DNA from: Paracoccus suum
GTDB taxonomy: Bacteria > Pseudomonadota > Alphaproteobacteria > Rhodobacterales > Rhodobacteraceae
NCBI RefSeq assembly: GCF_003324675.1
Contig: NZ_CP030918.1
Location: 600,001-632,000, forward strand
Direction of reading: 5' to 3'
Length of the DNA stretch: 32,000 nt
This document shows positions 1-7,193 of this stretch, piece after piece. A model generated the notes under the pieces. It was not told the DNA's origin and searched no databases. It worked only from the letters and a program-made list of their open reading frames with translations. Position numbers and translations under genes: made by a program. Each line of letters starts with the position of its first letter. The stretch's first letter is position 1.

Positions 1-126
1 ATTTCCACACGGGCACGTGACCCGCGACGGAAAATCCGGTCGTTTCCTCGCCGTCGCCACCGCGCGCCGCCCGCGGCGCTGCGCTTGGCCCTTTCCCTTC
101 CCCCGCCCGACCCTTAGTTTCGTCAC

Positions 127-750
127 ATGCGGTGGACCCTTCCCAACACTTTGACTGTCTTGCGCCTTGTCGCCGCGCCCGCGGTGCCTTTGATGTTCCT
201 TTATTTCACCCGTCCCTTCGCGGACTGGGCGGCACTTGCGCTGTTCGTGATCGCCGCCGCGACCGATTGGATCGACGGCCGCGTCGCCCGTGCCTGGGGG
301 CTGGAGAGCCGCTTTGGCGCGGCAATGGACCCGATCGCCGACAAGGCCATGGTGGTGATCGCCATCGTCGTGATCACCGGTTATTCGGGCATGAACCCCT
401 GGCTGATCCTGCCTGCCACCGTCATCCTGTTCCGCGAGGTGTTCGTCAGCGGCCTGCGCGAGTTCCTGGGAAGCAACGCCTCGACCCTGAAGGTAACCAA
501 GCTCGCCAAGTGGAAGACCACGGCGCAGATGGTCGCGATTGCGGTGCTGTTCCTCGGCACGGGGCTTGCCTATGTCGAGCATGGCAGCCCGCCCCGCGTG
601 GGCGAGCCGGGCCTGCCATGGTCGCTCAGCTGGGCGGACCTCGCGACGCAGGCCGGGCTGCTGATCATCTGGATCGCCGCCGCCCTGACGGCGATCACCG
701 GCTTTGACTATTTCCGCAAGGCGATGCCTTTCCTGCGGGACCCGCGATGA
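127..750 (+). CDS. pgsA: CDP-diacylglycerol--glycerol-3-phosphate 3-phosphatidyltransferase (CDP-alcohol phosphatidyltransferase family)
   Basis: 207-aa ORF with ATG at 127. It carries the CDP-alcohol motif D-x2-DG-x2-AR...G-x3-D-x3-D (DWIDGRVAR...GAAMDPIADK) and several hydrophobic helices. Its stop overlaps the moaD start (ATGA at 747-750). Confidence 0.85.
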   Translation: MRWTLPNTLTVLRLVAAPAVPLMFLYFTRPFADWAALALFVIAAATDWIDGRVARAWGLESRFGAAMDPIADKAMVVIAIVVITGYSGMNPWLILPATVILFREVFVSGLREFLGSNASTLKVTKLAKWKTTAQMVAIAVLFLGTGLAYVEHGSPPRVGEPGLPWSLSWADLATQAGLLIIWIAAALTAITGFDYFRKAMPFLRDPR

Positions 751-998
751 GACTCGATGTCCTCTATTTCGCCTGGCTCCGCGAGCGGATCGGCCTGCCC
801 CGCGAGGCGGTCGAGACCGAGGCCACGACCGTCCGCGAACTGGTTGCCGAGCTGGCCGCACGCGACGACTGGCATGCCGCCGCCTTTGCCGACATGACCG
901 CGGTCCGCGCAGCGGTCGACCAGGTGCTGACCGACCTCGACGCACCGCTGGCCGGCGCGCGTGAGGTCGCGTTCTTTCCTCCGATGACCGGCGGATGA
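747..998 (+). CDS. moaD: Molybdopterin synthase sulfur-carrier subunit MoaD
   Basis: 83-aa ORF ending in the diagnostic C-terminal GG (PPMTGG). It lies between pgsA and moaE, with ATGA overlaps at both ends. Confidence 0.85.
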   Translation: MRLDVLYFAWLRERIGLPREAVETEATTVRELVAELAARDDWHAAAFADMTAVRAAVDQVLTDLDAPLAGAREVAFFPPMTGG

Positions 999-1429
999 GC
1001 GCGCGGGTCCAATCGCAGCCTTTTGATCCGGCGGCAGAGCTGGCGGGATTTGGCGCGGGCGCAGGCGCGGTCGTGACCTTCACCGGCCTCGTCCGGTCCG
1101 AGGACGGCCGGCTGATTGCGCTGGAGATCGAGCACTATCCCGCCATGACCGAGCGCGCCTTGGCCGATTTCGGCGCTGCGGCCGCCGAGCGCTTCGGGCT
1201 GACCGACTGGCGCATCGTCCACCGCTACGGCCGCATCGCCGTGGGCGAGCCGATCATGATGGTCGCCACTGCCGCCCGCCACCGCCGCGCCGCGTTCGAC
1301 GCAGCCGACTACCTGATGGACTGGCTGAAATCCCGCGCCCCCTTCTGGAAGCGCGAGATTACGGCGGACGGCCCCGGGGACTGGGTGGCGGCCAAGGCGG
1401 ATGACGAGGATGCGCTGGGACGGTGGTAG
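995..1429 (+). CDS. moaE: Molybdopterin synthase catalytic subunit MoaE
   Basis: 144-aa ORF of MoaE length and pattern (VVTFTGLVR..., HYPAMTE, PFWKRE). It is translationally coupled to moaD (ATGA at 995-998). Confidence 0.85.
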   Translation: MSARVQSQPFDPAAELAGFGAGAGAVVTFTGLVRSEDGRLIALEIEHYPAMTERALADFGAAAAERFGLTDWRIVHRYGRIAVGEPIMMVATAARHRRAAFDAADYLMDWLKSRAPFWKREITADGPGDWVAAKADDEDALGRW

Positions 1430-1523
1430 CGCATTCGGGACGCAGCGGCCGACGCCGCGCGCCGCGTTGCAATCCATCGCCCGTCCAATCATATAGGCCC
1501 ACGCAACCGACAGGGGCGCTACG

Positions 1524-2486
1524 ATGACCTACCTCGAGTTCGAAAAGCCGCTTGCCGATATCGAAGGCAAGGCCAGCGAATTGCGCGCCCTGGCCAGCAA
1601 GGGCGAGGGTGCCGTCGACCTCGAAAAGGAGGCCGCAGCCCTTGACCGCAAGGCCGAGGAACAACTGCGCGAGCTTTATCGCAACCTCGACCCGTGGCGC
1701 AAAACCCTCGTCGCGCGCCACCCCGACCGCCCGCATTGCCGCGAATACATCGAGGCGCTGTTCACCGAATTCACCCCGCTGGCTGGCGATCGGGCCTTTG
1801 GCGACGACCATGCGGTGATGGGCGGCCTCGCCCGGTTCAACGATCGTCCGGTCGTGGTCATCGGTCACGAGAAGGGCGAGGACACCAAGTCGCGCATCTT
1901 CCGCAACTTCGGCATGGCCCGCCCCGAGGGCTACCGCAAGGCGATCCGGCTGATGGACCTGGCAGATCGTTTCGGCCTGCCGGTCATCACCCTGGTCGAC
2001 ACGCCCGGCGCATATCCAGGCAAGGGCGCGGAGGAGCGCGGCCAGTCCGAGGCCATCGCCCGCGCGACCCAGAAATGCCTGCAGATCGGCGTGCCGATCG
2101 TCAGCGTCATCATCGGCGAAGGTGGCTCGGGCGGGGCCGTCGCCTTTGCCACTGCCGACCGGATCCTGATGCTTGAACATTCGATCTACAGCGTGATCTC
2201 GCCCGAAGGCTGCGCGTCGATCCTGTGGAAGGACGCCGAGAAGATGCGCGAGGCCGCCGAGGCGCTGCGCCTGACCGCACAGGACCTGAAAAAGCTTGGC
2301 GTGATCGACCATATCATCACCGAGCCCTCGGGCGGTGCCCAGAGGCACAAGGACGAGTCCATCGCTTTGGTCGGCGAGGAAATTGCCGCCATGCTGGCCG
2401 AACTGGACGGCCTCGATCGTGCCAGGCTTATTCAGGGCCGGCGCGAGAAGTTCCTGAACATGGGCGCGCGGGGCCTCGGCGCATGA
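1524..2486 (+). CDS. accA: Acetyl-CoA carboxylase carboxyltransferase alpha subunit
   Basis: 320-aa ORF that aligns by eye along its full length with E. coli AccA ([70 protein letters not shown]). Confidence 0.95.
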   Translation: MTYLEFEKPLADIEGKASELRALASKGEGAVDLEKEAAALDRKAEEQLRELYRNLDPWRKTLVARHPDRPHCREYIEALFTEFTPLAGDRAFGDDHAVMGGLARFNDRPVVVIGHEKGEDTKSRIFRNFGMARPEGYRKAIRLMDLADRFGLPVITLVDTPGAYPGKGAEERGQSEAIARATQKCLQIGVPIVSVIIGEGGSGGAVAFATADRILMLEHSIYSVISPEGCASILWKDAEKMREAAEALRLTAQDLKKLGVIDHIITEPSGGAQRHKDESIALVGEEIAAMLAELDGLDRARLIQGRREKFLNMGARGLGA

Positions 2487-2797
2487 ATCCCTGGGTCCTC
2501 CTGATCCTTGCCGGCATGCTAGAAGTCGTCTGGGCCATGGGCCTCAAGATGTCCGACGGCTTCAGTCGGATGGGCTGGACCGCGATCACGGCCATTGCCG
2601 CGATTGCCAGTTTCTGGCTGCTCGCCCTCGCCATGAAAGAACTCCCGGCGGGCACCGCCTATGCGGTCTGGACGGGCATCGGTGCGGTCGGCGTCGCACT
2701 GCTGGGCATCACGGCGCTGGGCGAGGCGGCAACGCCACTGCGCCTTGCCGGCATCGCCCTGATCATCAGCGGGATCGCCGCGCTGAAGCTGGGCTGA
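2483..2797 (+). CDS. sugE: SMR-family small multidrug/guanidinium exporter (SugE/Gdx-like)
   Basis: Internal ATG at 2483 within ORF 2225-2797 gives 104 aa ([22 protein letters not shown]...[14 protein letters not shown]...). This is very close to E. coli SugE in length and motifs, with four TM helices. The start overlaps the accA stop (ATGA). Confidence 0.9.
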   Translation: MNPWVLLILAGMLEVVWAMGLKMSDGFSRMGWTAITAIAAIASFWLLALAMKELPAGTAYAVWTGIGAVGVALLGITALGEAATPLRLAGIALIISGIAALKLG

Positions 2798-2953
2798 CTT
2801 TCGGCGAACACCGCACGCGCTGCCAGAGCGGCCAGCGCCGCTCCTGTGGCAGCTTTGCACCGACGCGCAGATTGCACGCGAAAAATATGTTGCGCCGCGC
2901 AAGTGCCCGCGCGTAACGATACCCACGCCACCAGCAACTGAAGGAGGGCGAAG

Positions 2954-3031
2954 ATGACTGTGAACAACACCGCTAATCGCGCCTTCCGTCGGGATCATTC
3001 CTCGCGATTCCAGGCAGGATTTCGCGACTGA
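2954..3031 (+). CDS. Candidate 25-codon micro-ORF (MTVNNTANRAFRRDHSSRFQAGFRD)
   Basis: ATG at 2954 follows AAGGAGG with a 6-nt spacer, and the stop is TGA at 3029-3031. I recognise no homology. Support rests only on the strong SD in a GC-rich background. Confidence 0.25.
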   Translation: MTVNNTANRAFRRDHSSRFQAGFRD

Positions 3032-3164
3032 CGTGATGCCGGCCTGCGGGCCCGTATTACTGATCCTGGACCGGTGCTGATTGCCGCGAGCACGCGCAAT
3101 CACCCCCATTGTTCATTGCTGAAGGACCGGTGCGGACGCGATCCGTGGCCGGCGGGTTACAACC

Positions 3165-3398
3165 ATGATTGCCAGAATCGAGACAGGCCCCGGCCTGCCG
3201 CGCGACGAGCTTGATCGTCTGATTGCCCAATACGGCCCGGCGCGGATTGCCGGCATGCTGCTCGTCGCGCTTGTCTATCGCCGGCGCTTCCGAGTGCGCG
3301 TGGTGGGGCCAACCGATCTCAGCCCGTATCTGCAGCGCGACATCGGCCTGCCGCCTTCGCCTGCGCGCGGGCGCAACGACCATCTGCGGTTCCTCTAG
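3165..3398 (+). CDS. Small hypothetical protein with a DUF1127-like C-terminal motif
   Basis: 77-aa ORF whose only possible start in this frame is ATG 3165 (in-frame TGA at 3120-3122). The Arg-rich stretch followed by DLSPYLQRDIGLPP resembles the DUF1127 signature (R-rich...L-x-x-L-x-D-I-G-L). There is no clear SD. Confidence 0.4.
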   Translation: MIARIETGPGLPRDELDRLIAQYGPARIAGMLLVALVYRRRFRVRVVGPTDLSPYLQRDIGLPPSPARGRNDHLRFL

Positions 3399-3406
3399 CG
3401 GTGTCC

Positions 3407-3429
3407 GCCGCCGGCAATGCGCCGGCGGC
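3407..3429. terminator. Perfect 9-bp GC hairpin between convergent genes (GCCGCCGGC-aatgc-GCCGGCGGC)
   Basis: Read directly from the sequence. It lies between the 3398 stop (+) and the plsC stop at 3465 (-). Neither strand has a U-tract, so the terminator function is uncertain. Confidence 0.3.
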
Positions 3430-3464
3430 TGGCACTGGGCGGGGCGGGAGACTGGCGGGTGATG

Positions 3465-4256
3465 CTACGCTTGGGTCGGAGTGGCCGGCGGCGGCACAAA
3501 ACCGGCCTCGGCCATCAGTGCATCCGAGGCGGGTTCGATCACCTGCTGCAGGGCGGTGATGATTTCGGGCGGGGACAGGCCGGGTGGAAGCTGCGGCAGG
3601 AACTCGATCACGGCGCGGCCCGAACGGATCGGGATGCCCTTCCTTGGCCAAAACAGTCCGACGTTCACCGCGACCGGATGGACCGGCAGGTCGGTCGCCT
3701 CGGCGATGGTGGCAACGCCGTGCTTGTAGCGCCGCCGCTCGCCCGGGCGGGTGCGGGTACCTTCGGGATAGATGATCAGCTGGCCCAGCCCGTCGTCGCT
3801 TGCCATCGCTTTCCGGACCGCGGCGATGATCTGGCCCATCGCACTGGCGCCGCTGGCCCGGTCGATGGGGATCGAGCCGACAGCCTTGGCATAGGCGCCC
3901 ATGATCGGCACCCGCATCACCTCGCGCTTCATGATGAAGGCGCGGCGCGGCAGGACATGGGCGAGAACGAGAATGTCCCAGAAGCTCTGGTGTTTCGAGG
4001 CGATTATGCAATCGCCCCGCGGGGGTGTGCCGCGCACCTCGCAGGTCAGGCCCAGGTGCCAGCGGGCGCAACGGATCAGATAACCGACCCAGATGGTGGC
4101 GACGCGCTGCGCCCGGTGGCGGTCGATCAGCACCTGCGGCAGGCCCCAGAGGCCGATCAGGATCGTCGCAAACGCGATATGCAGATAGAACAGGATCGCC
4201 CGCGGCCAGGCCAGTGGCCCGAGCGGGCCGGGACGATATTGCTCCCTGGCTCTCAT
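3465..4256 (-). CDS. plsC: 1-acyl-sn-glycerol-3-phosphate acyltransferase
   Basis: C-terminal 263 aa of ORF 3465-4820, starting at ATG 4256-4254 (MRAREQY...). It has the acyltransferase H-x4-D box (KHQSFWD) and the PEGTR box (IYPEGTRTRPG). The start overlaps the ftsX stop (ATGA). Confidence 0.85.
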   Translation of the reverse strand: MRAREQYRPGPLGPLAWPRAILFYLHIAFATILIGLWGLPQVLIDRHRAQRVATIWVGYLIRCARWHLGLTCEVRGTPPRGDCIIASKHQSFWDILVLAHVLPRRAFIMKREVMRVPIMGAYAKAVGSIPIDRASGASAMGQIIAAVRKAMASDDGLGQLIIYPEGTRTRPGERRRYKHGVATIAEATDLPVHPVAVNVGLFWPRKGIPIRSGRAVIEFLPQLPPGLSPPEIITALQQVIEPASDALMAEAGFVPPPATPTQA

Positions 4257-5230
4257 GCCGCCTCGGCCAGGCGCCGGATGGCGGCGCGGCGGGTGGCGAC
4301 AAAGCCGATCAATGCCGCAAGCACCGGGATCAGCAGCGGCCACAGCCAGCCCCATCCGGTAAAGCCGAGCCCGGTCAGAAAGCTGCCCGCCACATCCATG
4401 CGCGGCAGCGCGGCGATCGCCAGAACCCCGGCCAGCGTGCCGCCTGCAGCGCCCAGGGCCGCGCGCCTGGTAAAGCGGCGGACGAAGGCATTGGCGATGG
4501 TGATGTCCTTGGCCCCGATCAGCCGCAGCACGCGGATCACCTGGCCATTGGCCGCCAGCGAGGCCTGGGCTGCCAGGGTGATCATGCCCGCGGCCGTCGC
4601 CCCGATCAGCAGCAGCGACAGCCAGCCCAGCAGGCGCAACCGATGAGCGGCGTTGACCAGCGGCCGGCGCCAGTCGGTGTGATCGTCCAGCACGGCGTCG
4701 GGCGCCTCGCCCTCCAGCCGCAACTCGAGCCCGTCGATGTCGGGGCCGCGGCCGATGATCGGAACCTCGACCAGGCGGGGGATCGGCAGCGCGTCGACCG
4801 GCATGTCCGGGCCGAACCACGGCTGCAGCAGGGCCTGCATCTCGTCATCGGTCAGCGCCTTGGCCTCGCCGAGGCCGGGGGTGGTGCGCAGGATCTCCAT
4901 GAGGGTGCGGGTCTGCTCGTCCAGCTTGTCCGCCTGTGCGCTGATGCGGATGGTCAGGGACTGCGCCAGCCCCTCGGACCAGCGTTCCGCGAGGCGGCCG
5001 GTCGCGAGGGCCAGGGCCAGTGCGAACACCGCCAGGAACGCCATCGAGGCGGCGGTCGCAACCACCAGCCCGGCCGTCGCGCCGGTTGGCGGCACCACCC
5101 GGCCGGAAGCACCTGCATCGCGTCCCAGAAGCCCGCCCAAGACCTCGCGCGGGCGGAGCGAGCCAAGGCGCGGCGCCTGACCCATGGTCTTGCGCGCCAG
5201 TCCGGCCGCGCGGTCCGCCAGCCGGGTCAA
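4253..5230 (-). CDS. ftsX: Cell-division ABC transporter permease-like protein FtsX
   Basis: 325-aa ORF with an FtsX-like topology: an N-terminal TM helix (LVVATAASMAFLAVFALALAL), a periplasmic loop, then three C-terminal TM helices. It sits directly after ftsE. The codon at 5230-5228 is TTG, overlapping the ftsE TGA. An alternative ATG lies at 5185. Confidence 0.8.
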   Translation of the reverse strand: MTRLADRAAGLARKTMGQAPRLGSLRPREVLGGLLGRDAGASGRVVPPTGATAGLVVATAASMAFLAVFALALALATGRLAERWSEGLAQSLTIRISAQADKLDEQTRTLMEILRTTPGLGEAKALTDDEMQALLQPWFGPDMPVDALPIPRLVEVPIIGRGPDIDGLELRLEGEAPDAVLDDHTDWRRPLVNAAHRLRLLGWLSLLLIGATAAGMITLAAQASLAANGQVIRVLRLIGAKDITIANAFVRRFTRRAALGAAGGTLAGVLAIAALPRMDVAGSFLTGLGFTGWGWLWPLLIPVLAALIGFVATRRAAIRRLAEAA

Positions 5231-5901
5231 AGGTCCGCCCCCGCCAGCTGGACGCGGCCGCCGCTGATGCGCAGAACCCGCGCCTGGACCTGCGGCTTGA
5301 TCGCACGGATCAGGTTCAGGTCATGGGTCGCGACCAGTACCGTCTTGCCCGAGCGGTTCAGTTCGACCAGCAATTCCAGCAGTCGCATCGACATCTCCTC
5401 GTCGAGGTTGCCGGTCGGCTCGTCCGCCAGCACCAGATCGGGCGACAGGATCACCGCGCGGGCCAGCGCGGCGCGCTGCCGCTCGCCGCCCGACAGGGAA
5501 GGCGGCAGGGCGCGGGCGTGGGCTGTCAGCCCGACCCAGGCCAGCAGCCCCCGCAGCGCCGGCATGTCGATCGGCCGGTCGCTGACCGTCAGGGGCAGGG
5601 CGACATTTTCGACCAGCGGCAGGTGATCGAGGAACTGCGTGTCCTGGTGCAGAACGCCGATCCGGCGGCGAAGCAGGGCGATGCCGTCGCGCGACAGCTC
5701 GGCCATGTCGCGACCGAAGGCACCGATGCGACCGCCGCTCGGCGTCAATTCGCCGGTGCACAACCGCAGGAAAGTGGTCTTGCCGGCGCCAGAGGGGCCG
5801 GTCAGAAAATGAAACGACCCCGGCTGCAACACCAGCGACACATGGGACAGCAACTGGTCCCCGCCGCGGTAGCCAAAGCCCACGTCCTGCATCTCGATCA
5901 C
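5227..5901 (-). CDS. ftsE: Cell-division ATP-binding protein FtsE
   Basis: 224-aa ORF with Walker A (GPSGAGKTT), the ABC signature (LSGGERQR) and Walker B (LVLADEPTGNLD). The N-terminus MIEMQDVGFGY aligns with E. coli FtsE MIRFEHVSKAY. The start codon at 5901 is GTG. Confidence 0.9.
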   Translation of the reverse strand: MIEMQDVGFGYRGGDQLLSHVSLVLQPGSFHFLTGPSGAGKTTFLRLCTGELTPSGGRIGAFGRDMAELSRDGIALLRRRIGVLHQDTQFLDHLPLVENVALPLTVSDRPIDMPALRGLLAWVGLTAHARALPPSLSGGERQRAALARAVILSPDLVLADEPTGNLDEEMSMRLLELLVELNRSGKTVLVATHDLNLIRAIKPQVQARVLRISGGRVQLAGADL

Positions 5902-6035
5902 GTTCGCGACGCCTCTTGCGTTGAGTGCCCGTTACGGCCCCGCATGCGTCTCGCGTCTTTCAAGCGGGGTCGGCCGTTGATAGAACGTCCCAGCGGCGAT
6001 GACCACGGGCGATGCGAGGCGAAAGGGCGGATGCG

Positions 6036-6935
6036 ATGCGGCTGACATGCCCCGACTGCGGCGCGGAATACGAGATCGACGAGGCCCTGATCCCGGCCGC
6101 CGGCCGCGAGGTCGAATGCGCTGCCTGCGGGCATCACTGGCACCAGCCCGGCCGCGGCCACCAGCCTTTCGTGCTGGGCGATCCGGTACTGAGCCCCGAG
6201 GTGGCGTCCGCCACGGAGGCAAGAAGCGTCACGGAGGCGCCCGCACCGCCGCCACCTCCCCGGCCGAGCGCCTCGGTCCTCGACATCCTCCGCGAGGAGG
6301 CCGCTCGAGAGCTGGCGCAGCGCGGTGAGACCCTGCCCGATGAGCGCGCGCGCGAATGGACCCGGGCAGGGGCGGAGCGGCCGGGCGCAATTGTCGAAGA
6401 AGAGGATTTGGAGGTCGCCGAGGACGACTGGATCGGGGCTGATGATGGCATCAGGCGTGGCGGGGGCGGGCGGGATCGGCCGGGAAGCGGCGCTGCCTCA
6501 AACACCCGGGGCCCAAGGGACTGCACGGCACAGGGCGTTCGTCCGGCCACCGAGCCGGCCGCCCCGGAAGTCATCGTCGCGGAACTGATCGACGACGACG
6601 AACTGCCGCCGCCGCGCCCCAGCCTGCCGCTGCCCGACGCGAGCGCCTGGGCTGCCAGCCTGCAATGGTCCCCGGCCGCCGTCGCGGTACCGGTTCCCGC
6701 CGCTGCGCGCGAGGACCGGTCTGCCTATAACGCCGGCTTCGCCGTGGCCGCAGGTCTGTCGGCGCTGCTTCTGGTCGGCTACATCGCCGCGCCGCACGTC
6801 GCCGATGCCGGCCGCCCCGGCGCCGCGATAATGGAATTGCGCCGCAGCGCGGATCGTGGCCGTCTCGCCCTTTACGACCGCGCCGCGCCCCTGGTCGACG
6901 GAGCGGTCGCAACGGTTGCCCACTGGCTGCGCTGA
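6036..6935 (+). CDS. Zinc-ribbon (MJ0042-type) domain protein with a disordered acidic/Pro-rich linker and a C-terminal TM segment
   Basis: ATG at 6036 gives MRLTCPDCGAEYEIDEALIPAAGREVECAACGHHW, i.e. two CxxC pairs. A long low-complexity region follows, then the hydrophobic helix FAVAAGLSALLLVGYIAA. The gene is divergent from ftsEX. Confidence 0.7.
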   Translation: MRLTCPDCGAEYEIDEALIPAAGREVECAACGHHWHQPGRGHQPFVLGDPVLSPEVASATEARSVTEAPAPPPPPRPSASVLDILREEAARELAQRGETLPDERAREWTRAGAERPGAIVEEEDLEVAEDDWIGADDGIRRGGGGRDRPGSGAASNTRGPRDCTAQGVRPATEPAAPEVIVAELIDDDELPPPRPSLPLPDASAWAASLQWSPAAVAVPVPAAAREDRSAYNAGFAVAAGLSALLLVGYIAAPHVADAGRPGAAIMELRRSADRGRLALYDRAAPLVDGAVATVAHWLR

Positions 6936-7146
6936 CAGCTCGCTCGCCAAGCAAAGAATCCTCAGGCTGTTCGGCGGCCCAGATTCTCCCGGCCCGAACA
7001 TTTGGTAGCCCTACTCGCCGCTCCATCGGCGGCCGTCCACATTGTCTAGGAGCGACGAAGTCCTCCCTGGGATCCCGAGGCCGTCGGCGCCAAGGCGTCG
7101 ACTCCGTCTCGAGCCTCGTCCGCTCGGCGCGGTAATCCGGGGTGTC

Positions 7147-7191
7147 GAAAACAACGCGTCACCTGCTGCCGGTCCCCTTAGAGGGCCCGGC
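7147..7191 (-). terminator. Possible terminator of the TIGR02302-like gene
   Basis: On the minus strand, an imperfect 9-10 bp hairpin GCCGGGCCCT-ctaa-GGGGACCGGC (7168-7191) starts 2 nt after the TAG stop. A TTGTTTT run follows about 13 nt further on. The geometry is not canonical. Confidence 0.3.
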
Positions 7192-7193
7192 AC

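Noticed and set aside
1-126. Possible 3' end of an upstream gene: frame 3 reads ...FHTGT then TGA at 16-18. uvrC often precedes pgsA in alphaproteobacteria.
   Set aside because: Only five codons are visible, which cannot support a call. The rest looks like a promoter/5' region for pgsA.
2400-2483. Looked for a guanidine (ykkC/mini-ykkC) riboswitch ahead of sugE
   Set aside because: There is no non-coding leader, because the sugE ATG overlaps the accA stop. I saw no paired ACGR-loop mini-hairpins in the accA 3' end.
3417-6045. Long plus-strand ORFs (3417-4646, 4025-5626, 5020-6045) and minus-strand alternatives (3319-4302, 4845-5306)
   Set aside because: All overlap ftsE, ftsX and plsC, which have diagnostic motifs. 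The alternatives are Arg/Pro/Gly-rich with no motifs.
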